A DNA stretch of 40,636 nt from Candidatus Omnitrophica bacterium CG11_big_fil_rev_8_21_14_0_20_64_10 (GCA_002787095.1 PCVW01000069.1:12611-53246), one strand, 5' to 3'. Numbered from the stretch's first letter, positions 1 to 9,441 are shown. Translations and numbers: made by a program. The notes: generated by a model not told the origin, from the letters alone.

Positions 1-1
1 A

Positions 2-1831
2 GAGGAACGGCCCGACATCGACGCTATCTACATGTCTGCGGTTCAGGCCATGACCGGCCAGGGCGGCTGGCCGATGACGGTTTTCCTGACCCACGAGGGC
101 AAGCCGTTCTATGGCGGAACCTATTTCCCGCCAGAGGATAAGTGGGGCCGGCCGGGCTTGAAGACGGTCCTGCGCTCTATTTCTCAAGCTTGGAAGAGCC
201 GGCGCCAAGAAGTCTTGCGCTCCAGCCAGTCCTTGACCGAGACGATCCAAGCGAGTGCCGCCGCGACTGGATCGGCCCCGCTGACCCAAAAGACACTCGA
301 AGTCGCAGTCAGCGCCTTTGCAAGACAGTACGATCCGACCCACGGTGGTTTCGGACCCGCTCCGAAATTTCCCCGAAGCCACAGCGTGTCGTTCCTCCTG
401 CGGGCTTGGGTACGGAACCGGGATTCCAAGACCCTTGAGATGGTCGAGAAGACGCTCGATGCCATGGCCCATGGCGGCATCCACGACCATCTCGGCGGCG
501 GTTTCCACCGCTACTCTACCGACGGCCGATGGCTTGTGCCCCACTTCGAGAAGATGCTCTACGATCAAGCCCTGCTGGCCCGGTCGTACCTGGAGGCCTA
601 TCAGGCGACCGGCAAGCAGATCTACGCCGACGTAGCCCGGGACATCTTCGAGTACGTGCTGCGCGACATGCACGACCCCGATGGCGGATTCTACTCCGCC
701 GAGGATGCCGGCGAGGTGGGGAAAGAGGGGGAGTATTACGTCTGGAGGCCGCAGGAGATCGAGAACGTTTTGAGCGCCGTGGAGGCCCGGCTGTTCAACC
801 GGTTCTACGGCGTCGCCCCCGGCGGGAACTTTGAGAACGGCGCGACAATCCTTTCCATTGAATCCCCGGTTGAGAAATTTGCTCAACAGGAGAGGATTCC
901 CGCGGAAGAGGTCCGCCGGCGGCTGGCGGCCGCGCGGCAGAAACTCCTGGCCGCCCGAAACAGACGGGAGCGGCCGCACCGGGATGACAAGATCCTCGCC
1001 GATTGGAACGGGTTGATGATCGGTGCGTTGGCCTACGGGGCCCGCGTGCTCGATGAGCCGCGCTACGCGCAGGCCGCGCGGGACGCCGCCACTTTTCTCT
1101 TGGACCGGATGCAGAGTGAAGGCCGCTTGCTCCATCGGTACCGGGACGGCGAGGCCTCGATCCCCGCCTTTCTGGATGATTACGCCTTCTTCACCTGGGG
1201 GTTGCTGGACCTCTACGAGGCGACGTTTGAGGTCCGGTGGTTGTCCGAGGCCAAGCGCTTGACACAGGAGATGATGGCGCTGTTCTGGGATGAGAGGACC
1301 GGAGGGTTCTTCCTGAGCGGAAAACGCAATGAGCGCCTGGTGGCCCAGACCAAGGAGTTGTACGACGGAGCTCTTCCCTCCGGCAATTCCGTTGCGGCCC
1401 TGAACCTGGTGCGGCTGGGTCAGCTCACCATGGACAAGGAGTTCCAAACTAAGGCCGACCGGATATTCGAGGTTTTTTCCGGCCAAGCTGGCCAAGCTCC
1501 CGAGGCCTTCCCGCAATTCCTCATCGCGCTGGATTTCCGGCTGGGGCCTTCTCAGGAGATCGTCATCGCCGGAGATCCCGGTGATCCGCAGACGCGCCGG
1601 ATGATCCGGGCTGTGCATGAGAAGTTCCTGCCGCGAGCGGTCCTGGCACTCCATCCGGAGGACGCCTCCGCCGCCCAGGTGGAAGCCCTGGTGCCGTTCC
1701 TGAAGGAGCAGCGGCCGTTAGGGGGAAAGCCCACCGCCTATATCTGCCAGAACTACGTCTGCAACCTGCCGACCACCGATGTGGAGAAGATGGTCTCCTT
1801 ACTTGGAGGGGGAAGAGGCGAATCCCGATGA
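2..1831 (+). CDS. yyaL: Thioredoxin domain-containing protein, YyaL/SSP411 family (5' partial)
   Basis: The frame is open from the window start (EERPDIDAIYMSAVQAMTGQGGWPMTVFLT..PFYGGTYFP). It carries HDHLGGGFHRYSTD, VPHFEKMLYDQA, DDKILADWNGLMI and C-terminal CQNYVC, all characteristic of the family. Confidence 0.92.
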   Translation, partial: EERPDIDAIYMSAVQAMTGQGGWPMTVFLTHEGKPFYGGTYFPPEDKWGRPGLKTVLRSISQAWKSRRQEVLRSSQSLTETIQASAAATGSAPLTQKTLEVAVSAFARQYDPTHGGFGPAPKFPRSHSVSFLLRAWVRNRDSKTLEMVEKTLDAMAHGGIHDHLGGGFHRYSTDGRWLVPHFEKMLYDQALLARSYLEAYQATGKQIYADVARDIFEYVLRDMHDPDGGFYSAEDAGEVGKEGEYYVWRPQEIENVLSAVEARLFNRFYGVAPGGNFENGATILSIESPVEKFAQQERIPAEEVRRRLAAARQKLLAARNRRERPHRDDKILADWNGLMIGALAYGARVLDEPRYAQAARDAATFLLDRMQSEGRLLHRYRDGEASIPAFLDDYAFFTWGLLDLYEATFEVRWLSEAKRLTQEMMALFWDERTGGFFLSGKRNERLVAQTKELYDGALPSGNSVAALNLVRLGQLTMDKEFQTKADRIFEVFSGQAGQAPEAFPQFLIALDFRLGPSQEIVIAGDPGDPQTRRMIRAVHEKFLPRAVLALHPEDASAAQVEALVPFLKEQRPLGGKPTAYICQNYVCNLPTTDVEKMVSLLGGGRGESR

Positions 1832-2712
1832 CAAACGGATGGAAGCTCTCGGTCTTTGGATTGATGGCTTTGTTCGCGTATGGTTGTCAGGTAGCCAAAC
1901 CGACTGCCGTTTATACGGTGAAGGGAACCATTCGGGAGATCAGCGCCGACCGCCGGACGGTCACCCTCCAACATGAAGAAATCCCCGGCTACATGTCGGC
2001 GATGACGATGCCTTTCCCGGTGAAGTCCCCGGGGTTATTGGATGGTTTTGTCCCGGGGGAGGAGGTCCGGTTTCGGCTGGTCGTCTTCCCGCGCGATGCC
2101 ACCATCGATCAGATCATCGCCATCCGGACGTCCCCGAAACCTGTCGGGAATAAGCCCGCAGCCTCCGATGCCCCTGACAACCAGAGCGAGCTACACCTGC
2201 CTCAGAGCGGGGAGTCGGCACCCAACTTCGATTTGGTGAATCAGGACGGACGCGCCGTGCGCCTCTCGGATTACAAAGGCAAGATCGTGGCCCTGAACTT
2301 TATCTACACGCGGTGCCCCCTTCCTACCTACTGCCCGCGGCTGATGGAGGAGTTTGATGCCGCTCAGAAGTTGCTGAAGGACGTGATAGGGCGGGATGTG
2401 GTGTTCTTGACGATCACGTTCGACCCTCGTTTTGACACGCCGGCCGTGTTGAAACAGTACGGCAGCCGCTACCAAGCGGATGACACGTCGTGGCAGCTCC
2501 TTTCCGGGGAGCCGGAGGAGATCCGCAAGGTCGCATCTTTTTTCAATGTGGCGTACTGGACTTCTCCCCAAGGAACTATTGAATCGCACACGCTGTCCGC
2601 GGCCGTCGTGGATCGAATGGGGAAAGTCGCGCGGTTCTACAGCGGTCAGCGCTGGAGCGCCTCCGATCTGGCCCGCGACGTTCGAGCGCTGTTAAGAGAG
2701 GAACCCGGATGA
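1828..2712 (+). CDS. SCO family lipoprotein with N-terminal CusF-like copper-binding domain
   Basis: Lipobox-like AYGC; CusF-type HEEIPGYMSAMTMPF; SCO-type FIYTRCPLPTYCP and a downstream His (ESHT). Confidence 0.88.
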   Translation: MTNGWKLSVFGLMALFAYGCQVAKPTAVYTVKGTIREISADRRTVTLQHEEIPGYMSAMTMPFPVKSPGLLDGFVPGEEVRFRLVVFPRDATIDQIIAIRTSPKPVGNKPAASDAPDNQSELHLPQSGESAPNFDLVNQDGRAVRLSDYKGKIVALNFIYTRCPLPTYCPRLMEEFDAAQKLLKDVIGRDVVFLTITFDPRFDTPAVLKQYGSRYQADDTSWQLLSGEPEEIRKVASFFNVAYWTSPQGTIESHTLSAAVVDRMGKVARFYSGQRWSASDLARDVRALLREEPG

Positions 2713-2740
2713 ATCCTAAGAGCTCCTCTATGCATCTTAA
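2711..2740 (+). promoter_or_regulatory. Putative ECF-sigma-type promoter, copy 1
   Basis: GAATC at 2711 and GCATCTTAA at 2732. The same bipartite motif recurs at 3630 and 7408. Confidence 0.45.
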
Positions 2741-2803
2741 CTTTGAAGGAGGGGATCTGTTATGACGAAATGCAACCGTTTCTAAGATAAGGAGGTGACA
2801 ATA

Positions 2804-3214
2804 ATGAAAGGTAAGCAGATGATCTGGGCGGTTCTCGCGGCGGCAGTTGTTTCTATGGGAACGCCCTCAGTTTGGGCGGAACCGACCGCCGAGCAGTTGC
2901 GACAGGCTATTCGCGACTACATCACCCGGCAAGAGCAGCAGACCGGGGCTTTCACGATACCTGACTCCAGGGAGAAGGGGAAACTCCGGGTGCTGACTCT
3001 CGTACGGGTGCATGAACGGGTCGGCAAGACCGGCGATTACTATTACTCCTGCACCGATATGAAGGATGTCGCCGCGGGGAACCTGTTGGATCTGGATTTT
3101 GACGTGGCCGACACCGGTAAGAATCTCAAGGTGGTGGCCGTCCGAATCCACAAGGATGATGGAAAACCCCGCTATACCTACGACGACAACGACAATCTGA
3201 TCCCTGTGGAATGA
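2804..3214 (+). CDS. Exported hypothetical protein
   Basis: GGAGG SD, then an ATG; signal peptide ending VWA; motifs VHER, SCTD, DLDF, IHK..G.PRYTY. Confidence 0.75.
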   Translation: MKGKQMIWAVLAAAVVSMGTPSVWAEPTAEQLRQAIRDYITRQEQQTGAFTIPDSREKGKLRVLTLVRVHERVGKTGDYYYSCTDMKDVAAGNLLDLDFDVADTGKNLKVVAVRIHKDDGKPRYTYDDNDNLIPVE

Positions 3215-3274
3215 GCCATTTTCAAGTCGGTGCGTGTGGGTCTGGATAAATCAAAAACAAGGAGGAAAGGTCGA

Positions 3275-3544
3275 ATGAAGAATGCGTATCGAGGGATGTT
3301 GGCTTTGGTGTTGGTCGCGGGATTTGGGATGATCCAGCCCTCTGTCCTTTTGGCGGGTGAGCACGGCGGGAAGGAGCATGGCGGAACGGCCCCGGCGGCA
3401 GCCGGCCAGGAAGGAAGCCATGGGATGGAGATGAGCGAGGCGGCCCTTCTGAAGGAAGCCGCAACCGCGTTGCGCAAAGGGCAGAGTCGGCCGGATCTGG
3501 CGGAGAAGCTGGAGAAATTGGCGAAAAGCCACACGTCGAATTAG
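3275..3544 (+). CDS. Small exported His/Glu-rich protein
   Basis: AGGAGG SD; signal peptide ending LLA; mature N-terminus GEHGGKEHGG...SHGMEM. Confidence 0.7.
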   Translation: MKNAYRGMLALVLVAGFGMIQPSVLLAGEHGGKEHGGTAPAAAGQEGSHGMEMSEAALLKEAATALRKGQSRPDLAEKLEKLAKSHTSN

Positions 3545-3629
3545 ACGCGGCGGTTTTCAGGTGTACGGGCGGACCGCCCGGGTCGCAGAGGCATCCGGGC
3601 GGACCTTCACTCCCGTTACCCTCTGTGGA

Positions 3630-3659
3630 GAATCTTTCCTGAGGCAACCGGCATCTTAA
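3630..3659 (+). promoter_or_regulatory. Putative ECF-sigma-type promoter, copy 2
   Basis: GAATC at 3630 and GCATCTTAA at 3651, with the same 21-bp offset as copy 1. Confidence 0.45.
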
Positions 3660-3690
3660 TAGGTGGAAAGATGCGGAAGGGAGGGAGGAG

Positions 3691-4512
3691 ATGAGGAGTG
3701 CGCTGTTACTGGGTGGAGGCGGCAGCCGCGGGGCGGTGGAGGTCGGCTTCTATAAGGCCCTCTTTGAGTTGGGTATTCCCGTGGACCGGATCTTCGGGAC
3801 CTCCATCGGGGCCTTGAACGGCGCCTTCATCGCGGCCGGCTTCACGCCGGAACAGCTTGAAGCGCTCTGGATCCGGCTGGAGAAGAAGCCTTTATTCCGT
3901 CGAGACTGGCGTTTCTTGTGGAAGGGCGCGAAAGCGGAGAGTCTCTATCAAGCGGATGGGTTGGTCGACTTTCTGGAATCCGCCCTTCCCGTCAAACGAT
4001 TTGAGGAGCTCAAAATCCCCTTGGTTGTTACGGCTACGGATCTCACGACCTCCGATCCGGTCTACCTCGATTCGGGGGAGCTGCTGCCCGCCCTGTTGGC
4101 CAGCACCGCTATGCCGCCGTACCTGCCGCCCGTGGCGCATCAGGGCCGCCGGCTCGTGGACGGGGGATTTGTGGCGAATGTCCCGATTGGGGAGGCAATA
4201 ACCCGCGGAGCCCAATGCATCCTGGCGATGCTCTGCCATTGCGCTGGAGAGTTGACCCAAATACCCAGGGGTCTTCTGGAAGTTCAGGAGCGCGTCCTGC
4301 GGATCGCCCTGGAGCAGAAATTTCGCCATGACCTGGAGCATTACAAGGACAGAGCCCGGATGATCGTGCTGGAGCCTTGTTTTGATTTACCGTCGGACCT
4401 GCTAAAGATCAGGCAGGTTTCATCCCTGATCCAGCAAGGGTATCAATTCAGCAAAGCCGAACTTTTGAGCCGGATGCCCGACCACTTTCGAGATCATACA
4501 GGGGGTGAGTGA
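3691..4512 (+). CDS. Patatin-like phospholipase
   Basis: GGGGSRG oxyanion loop, GTSIG nucleophile elbow and DGG catalytic Asp motif; strong SD. Confidence 0.92.
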   Translation: MRSALLLGGGGSRGAVEVGFYKALFELGIPVDRIFGTSIGALNGAFIAAGFTPEQLEALWIRLEKKPLFRRDWRFLWKGAKAESLYQADGLVDFLESALPVKRFEELKIPLVVTATDLTTSDPVYLDSGELLPALLASTAMPPYLPPVAHQGRRLVDGGFVANVPIGEAITRGAQCILAMLCHCAGELTQIPRGLLEVQERVLRIALEQKFRHDLEHYKDRARMIVLEPCFDLPSDLLKIRQVSSLIQQGYQFSKAELLSRMPDHFRDHTGGE

Positions 4513-5389
4513 TGAACGCGGAATGTGTCGGCCGGCGGCTCCGCGATGGCGAAAACCGGTGTTGAAAGGGTTTTGTATCCTTCTTGGGGCCGGCGCGCTG
4601 ATTGTATCGGCGCCAGCCGCGGGACAGGCGGCCTCTGAGGAATTCCGCCATGCACTGTACGATCAGATCCTGAAAGAGTACGTCGTTGACGGGCATGTGG
4701 ACTACGCCCGGCTGAAGGAAAACCGGTCCGACCTGGACCAGTACATCGCCTTACTCGCCGGGCTTGAGCCCCACGTCTACGCAATATGGAATACGCCCGC
4801 GAAGATCGCTTTCTGGGTGAACGCCTACAATGCCATCACCCTGAAAGTCATTCTGGATCATTATCCCATTCAACGGGTTTTCTCGCCGGCAACCTTCGTT
4901 TTTCCTGCCAACAGCATCCGCCAGATCCCCGGCGCCTGGGATCGGATCACCCATTCGGTGATGGGCCGGCCGATGACGCTGGATGAGATGGAGCACCGGG
5001 TTCTCCGGAAGGAATTTCAGGAGCCGCGGATTCACATGGCTTTGGTCTGCGCGGCCAAGGGGTGCCCTCCTTTGCGATCCGAGGCATACGAGGGGGAGCG
5101 CCTCGAAGGACAATGGGAAGATCAGGCCCGCCGGTTTCTTTCCGATCCGGCTAGGTTCCGGCTCGACCAGCGAGAGCGCGTGGTCCGGCTTTCATCGATT
5201 TTCCAATGGTTCGGGCAGGATTTCCTCAATGCTTATGGGGCGCCGGAAGGTTTCACAGGACATACCGACATCGAACGGGCTGTTCTGGCGTTCGTCAGCC
5301 GATACCTGAAATCGGAAGATCAAACCTTTCTGAAAGCGGGGAATTACCGGGTGGTTTACGTGGGCTACGATTGGAATCTCAACGAATGA
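4505..5389 (+). CDS. DUF547 domain-containing exported protein
   Basis: AFWVNAYNA, TLDEMEH, EPRIHMALVCAAKGCP, LSSIFQWF and C-terminal YDWNLN. Confidence 0.9.
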   Translation: MSDERGMCRPAAPRWRKPVLKGFCILLGAGALIVSAPAAGQAASEEFRHALYDQILKEYVVDGHVDYARLKENRSDLDQYIALLAGLEPHVYAIWNTPAKIAFWVNAYNAITLKVILDHYPIQRVFSPATFVFPANSIRQIPGAWDRITHSVMGRPMTLDEMEHRVLRKEFQEPRIHMALVCAAKGCPPLRSEAYEGERLEGQWEDQARRFLSDPARFRLDQRERVVRLSSIFQWFGQDFLNAYGAPEGFTGHTDIERAVLAFVSRYLKSEDQTFLKAGNYRVVYVGYDWNLNE

Positions 5390-6819
5390 CCCGGCCCCTT
5401 GCGATTGGCGGGTTAGCCATTCTGGCGGTCTCCGCGGGGTTCTCTTTTTTAAGCCGTTCCTTCCTCTTTGGAACGGGATACCTTGAACGGCCCCTGCTTC
5501 CGTTTGTCGCGTTGTTCGTGGCCGGATCGGCGGCGCTTCTATGGGTCTTCCGGGGTATTTCCTCTCCAAGGCCCCAACCCAACAGTGTTCGCTGGAGGCT
5601 CGCGTGGGTCCTTTTCGTCTCTTTTCTGGCAAGGGGAATCCTGTTTTTTTCCAGCCCCATTCAAGAAGTGGATCCGTACCGGTACCTGTGGGACGGCAAC
5701 GCGGCGCTCCATGGAATCAATCCTTACCGGTACGCCCCCGCGGAGGCCATGGAGCAAACGACCCCTTCTTCTCCGGGGGAAAGGGCATGGCGGGATTCGA
5801 TCCGGTCGAAAGAAGCCCAGAGCGTTTTTGAGCGGATCAGCTATCCGGAAGTCCGAACAATCTATCCTCCTCTTGCTCAAGGCCTGTTCGCTCTGGCGCA
5901 AGGACTGACCCCTTGGTCTCTGCTCGGATGGCGTCTGCTGGTTCTTCTGGCGGATCTGGCCAGTCTGGCGCTGATCATAGGGATCCTTTCCATGGCCCGC
6001 CTGCCCCCGGAATGGGCTCTCCTCTACGGCTGGTCCCCTCTGATCCTGAAAGAGTTCGGCAACTCTCTCCACCTGGACGTTTTTGTTGTCTTGGGTCTCT
6101 GCGGAATGCTCACTGCCCTTCAACGGGGACGCCCGCGGTTGGCGCTCGCGGTCTTGGCGGCCGGAGCGCTGGTGAAACTGGCCCCTCTGATTTTGCTTCC
6201 CCCGTTGTTCGGCTGGGTCTGGAGAGATCAGCCCAGGAGAGCTCTCCAGGGACTGGGATGGGCCTTGGCGCTGATGGGGGCCGGATACCTGCCGTTTTTG
6301 GATGCCGGCGCCCGGGTCTTCGAGGGATTCACGACCTTCGCGGCCCATTGGCGGGTGAACGAAAGTCTCTATGGGTTTTGGAGGGCAGCAGGGTTACCTC
6401 GCGGAGCGCTCTGGGGGTTGATCGCCGCGGCGAGTGTCGGCTACGCCCTTCGATGGATGCGCCAGCCTAAGACCTCTGAAGACCTCCGGCCTTTCTGGAG
6501 AGGATCGATGATGCTGCTGGCCGGGTCTTTCCTCCTTCTCCCCACCGGGAATCCGTGGTACTTCACCTGGATCTTCCCATTTATGGTTCTTGTTCCGGTG
6601 CGGACGCTGAGATGGCTTTCCGGGGCGCTGGGGCTGTACTACTTGGATTTTTACTTCATGTACCGCGGCATGCCGCGCGCCACGGATTGGGTGCGGCTGG
6701 TGGAATACGGATCCACGGCAATGGTGGCTGGCTGGGAGTTATGGCAATGGCGACGGTCTCGATCATTCTTCCCGTCCTCAATGAGCGCGATCTCATTAGC
6801 CGCGCCCTCTCGCATCTGA
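5386..6819 (+). CDS. Multi-pass membrane glycosyltransferase (GT-C, GT87/DUF2029-like)
   Basis: DPYRYLWDG, INPYRYAP, TIYPPLAQ, YGWSPL..KE, H.D, NPWY and many TM helices. Start placed at ATG 5386, overlapping the upstream stop. Confidence 0.8.
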   Translation: MTRPLAIGGLAILAVSAGFSFLSRSFLFGTGYLERPLLPFVALFVAGSAALLWVFRGISSPRPQPNSVRWRLAWVLFVSFLARGILFFSSPIQEVDPYRYLWDGNAALHGINPYRYAPAEAMEQTTPSSPGERAWRDSIRSKEAQSVFERISYPEVRTIYPPLAQGLFALAQGLTPWSLLGWRLLVLLADLASLALIIGILSMARLPPEWALLYGWSPLILKEFGNSLHLDVFVVLGLCGMLTALQRGRPRLALAVLAAGALVKLAPLILLPPLFGWVWRDQPRRALQGLGWALALMGAGYLPFLDAGARVFEGFTTFAAHWRVNESLYGFWRAAGLPRGALWGLIAAASVGYALRWMRQPKTSEDLRPFWRGSMMLLAGSFLLLPTGNPWYFTWIFPFMVLVPVRTLRWLSGALGLYYLDFYFMYRGMPRATDWVRLVEYGSTAMVAGWELWQWRRSRSFFPSSMSAISLAAPSRI

Positions 6820-7574
6820 CTGGTCTCGGAGCGGATGAGATTCTGGTCGTCGACGGGGGCTCGCGGGATGGGACCGACCGGGTGGCCCGGGCCGCTCCGG
6901 GAGTAACCCTGCTCAGGGAGGTCCAAGGCCGGGCGCGTCAGATGAACGCAGGCGTCCGGGCTTCCACGGGAGAGATTCTGCTCTTTGCGCATGCGGACAT
7001 GTCGTTTCCTTCCGGCGCGATCGCGCGGATTCAGGCCGTTATCGGGGAAGGAGCCGCGGGCGGGTGCTTCTTCAAGCGGTACGAGCCCTCCACCCAGCTC
7101 CTTCGGTGGTACGGGTGGGGGCTGAATCATCTGTTTCTGGTCGGCATGCGCCGGATGGTGGGGACGAACGGAATTTTCGTGCGCCGGGATCATTTCTTGA
7201 AGATGGGAGGATTTCCGGAGGTCCCGATCCTGGAAGATCTGATCTTCGCCGATCGATTGCGCCTCCGCGGGCGGTTGGGGGTCGTTCGGCAGCCGGTGAG
7301 TGTTTCCGCCCGCCGGTATGTGAAGGGCGGCATCCTCCGGCAGATTTTGATCAACGGCCGGATCTTTTTGGCGTACGGCTCATCACGGCACCCATCGGAT
7401 CAGTTGCGAATCCTTTATGAATCCCACGCATCCAAAAGAAGGAGGGATGAAGATGAAACGATCGTTCTGGCTGTGCGCAATGGCGGGGATCGCTCTTCTG
7501 AGTTTTGCCGGGACCGGGTCTTGCGCGCAGAACTCGAACAGCGGGAAGTACCTGGTCATCCTGCAGGCCGGTAA
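6741..7574 (+). CDS. GT2 glycosyltransferase, TIGR04283 (arsenosugar biosynthesis-associated)-like
   Basis: SIILPVLNE, VVDGGSRDGT, GRARQMNAG, LLFAHAD, GGFPEVPILED, SARR. The C-terminal ~50 aa overlap the next gene. Confidence 0.85.
   Translation: MAMATVSIILPVLNERDLISRALSHLTGLGADEILVVDGGSRDGTDRVARAAPGVTLLREVQGRARQMNAGVRASTGEILLFAHADMSFPSGAIARIQAVIGEGAAGGCFFKRYEPSTQLLRWYGWGLNHLFLVGMRRMVGTNGIFVRRDHFLKMGGFPEVPILEDLIFADRLRLRGRLGVVRQPVSVSARRYVKGGILRQILINGRIFLAYGSSRHPSDQLRILYESHASKRRRDEDETIVLAVRNGGDRSSEFCRDRVLRAELEQREVPGHPAGR
7408..7436 (+). promoter_or_regulatory. Putative ECF-sigma-type promoter, copy 3
   Basis: GAATCC at 7408 and GCATCCAA at 7428 (20-bp offset), just upstream of the SD of the DsrE-like gene. 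Confidence 0.35.
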
Positions 7575-7908
7575 GGAAAGCCATGAGGGAATGGCGCGGG
7601 CCGTCCACGCGTTCCTGTATGCCCGGGAGCTCAAGGAGCACGGCCATGAGGTTCGGCTCGTCTTCGACGGGGCGGGCACCGAGTGGGCGGAGGAGTTGAG
7701 CAACCCCGCTTTAGAATCCAAGATCAAACCGATGTACGACGAGTTTAAGAAGCTAGGCGTTGAGGAAGTCATCTGCGATTTCTGCGCGGGAGCTTTTGGG
7801 GTAAAGGAGAAACTCCAGGGTCGCCGACTGCCGTTGACCGCCGGGTATGAAGGCCACCCGAGCATCGCCCAATGGGCGGATCAGGGCTACCAGATTGTGA
7901 TCCTATGA
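7453..7908 (+). CDS. DsrE/DsrF-like family protein with signal peptide
   Basis: A.HAFLYARELKEHGHEVRLVFDGAGT, CDFCA (CxxC), YEGHPSI; GGAGGG SD. Confidence 0.75.
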   Translation: MKRSFWLCAMAGIALLSFAGTGSCAQNSNSGKYLVILQAGKESHEGMARAVHAFLYARELKEHGHEVRLVFDGAGTEWAEELSNPALESKIKPMYDEFKKLGVEEVICDFCAGAFGVKEKLQGRRLPLTAGYEGHPSIAQWADQGYQIVIL

Positions 7909-9437
7909 CGATTGTGCCGCCGATGGATGAGAACAACCGGAGGCTGGTTGCGAACGTTCATCCGCCCCAATGGGTCAATCCGGAGCCGTCCGGCCGCTAC
8001 AATCTGGTAGTGATCGGGGCGGGGACCGGCGGCATCGTGACGGCGGCGGGGGCGGCCGGTCTGGGCGCTAAGGTAGCGCTCATCGAAAAGCATCTTCTGG
8101 GAGGAGATTGCCTGAACTACGGCTGCGTTCCTTCCAAGTCGGTGATCCGGTCCGGCCGGGCGGCCGCCGACGCGCGTGGCGCCGGGGCGTTCGGGGTCCG
8201 GGTGCCGGCCGGAACGGAGGTTGATTTTCCGGCGGTCATGGAACGGATGCGACGAATCCGGGCCCACATCAGCCGGCATGATTCGGCGGCGTGTTTGAAG
8301 GAACAAGGAGTGGATGTCTACATCGGCCAGGCCCGATTCTCCGGGCCCGATACCGTCGAGGTGGACGGCAAGACCCTGCGCTTTAAGAAGGCGGTCATCG
8401 CGACCGGCGCGCGAGCGGCGGAGTTGCCGATTCCCGGCCTGAAGGAGGCCGGCACTCTCACGAATGAGACTGTTTTTTCGCTGACGGAACGGCCGCGCCG
8501 GCTGGCCTGTATCGGCGCCGGACCGATCGGCTGCGAGCTGGCGCAGGCCTTCCGGCGGCTCGGCAGCGAGCTGTTCCTTTTTGACGCGGCGCCTCACGTT
8601 CTTATCCGGGAGGATGCCGATGCCGCGGAGATCCTCCAGAAGGTCTTGATGCGGGAGGGGATCCGTCTGATTCTGGACAGCAAGATCCTCCGGATCGAGA
8701 AGAGCCCGGCGGAGAAAATCATCCATTACCAGGTGGGAGGGAAGGCGGAATCGGCTGTGGTGGACGAGATTCTCGTCGGGGTCGGCCGGGCGCCCAACGT
8801 CGAGGGGCTCAACCTGGAGGGGGCGGGGGTGGCGTTCGACACAAAAGCCGGTGTGAAAGTGAACGACCATCTGCAGACCTCCAACGCGCGGATCTACGCG
8901 GTGGGAGATGTCTGCCTGGCCGCGAAGTTCACGCACACTGCCGATGCTTCGGCCCGCATTGTCATCGAGAACGCCCTGTTTCCGAACCTGGGTTTCGTGG
9001 GAAACAAAAAGCTCAGCGCCCTCACCATCCCCTGGTGCACCTACACCGATCCGGAGATCGCCCACGTTGGAATGTACGAAGAGGACGCCCGGAAGGCGGG
9101 AATCCCGGCGGCCACATTCCTCCGGCGTTTCAGCGAGGTTGACCGGGCGCTGGCCGATGGAGAGGAAGAGGGATTCGTGAAAATCCACGTCCGCAAGGGG
9201 ACCGGCCGGATCCTGGGGGCGACGGTGGTGGCCCGGCACGCCGGGGAGATGATGAACGAAATCACCCTGGCCATCGTCCGCGGCATCGGGCTGGGCGCCC
9301 TTTCCTCGGTGATTCATCCTTATCCCACGCAGGCGGAGGCGATCCGGCAGGCGGCGGACGCCTATCAAACGGGTCATCTGACACCGGGTTTGAAACGATT
9401 TCTGGAGAGGTGGTTCGCGTGGAAGCGGCGAGGATAA
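7905..9437 (+). CDS. FAD-dependent pyridine nucleotide-disulfide oxidoreductase (mercuric reductase-like/LPD family)
   Basis: GAGTGG FAD loop, GGDCLNYGCVPSK redox disulfide, GAGPIGCE, HPYPTQAE. No C-terminal CC and no NmerA domain. Confidence 0.9.
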   Translation: MTIVPPMDENNRRLVANVHPPQWVNPEPSGRYNLVVIGAGTGGIVTAAGAAGLGAKVALIEKHLLGGDCLNYGCVPSKSVIRSGRAAADARGAGAFGVRVPAGTEVDFPAVMERMRRIRAHISRHDSAACLKEQGVDVYIGQARFSGPDTVEVDGKTLRFKKAVIATGARAAELPIPGLKEAGTLTNETVFSLTERPRRLACIGAGPIGCELAQAFRRLGSELFLFDAAPHVLIREDADAAEILQKVLMREGIRLILDSKILRIEKSPAEKIIHYQVGGKAESAVVDEILVGVGRAPNVEGLNLEGAGVAFDTKAGVKVNDHLQTSNARIYAVGDVCLAAKFTHTADASARIVIENALFPNLGFVGNKKLSALTIPWCTYTDPEIAHVGMYEEDARKAGIPAATFLRRFSEVDRALADGEEEGFVKIHVRKGTGRILGATVVARHAGEMMNEITLAIVRGIGLGALSSVIHPYPTQAEAIRQAADAYQTGHLTPGLKRFLERWFAWKRRG

Positions 9438-9441
9438 CCCA

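Noticed and set aside
3275-3544. RiPP precursor for the RRE-like rSAM
   Set aside because: It has a Sec-type signal peptide and lies 6.5 kb away; nothing links it specifically to the enzyme.
7905-9437. Calling this merA to complete a mer operon with merT/merR
   Set aside because: It lacks the C-terminal Cys pair and NmerA, and lies in a different, convergent transcription unit.
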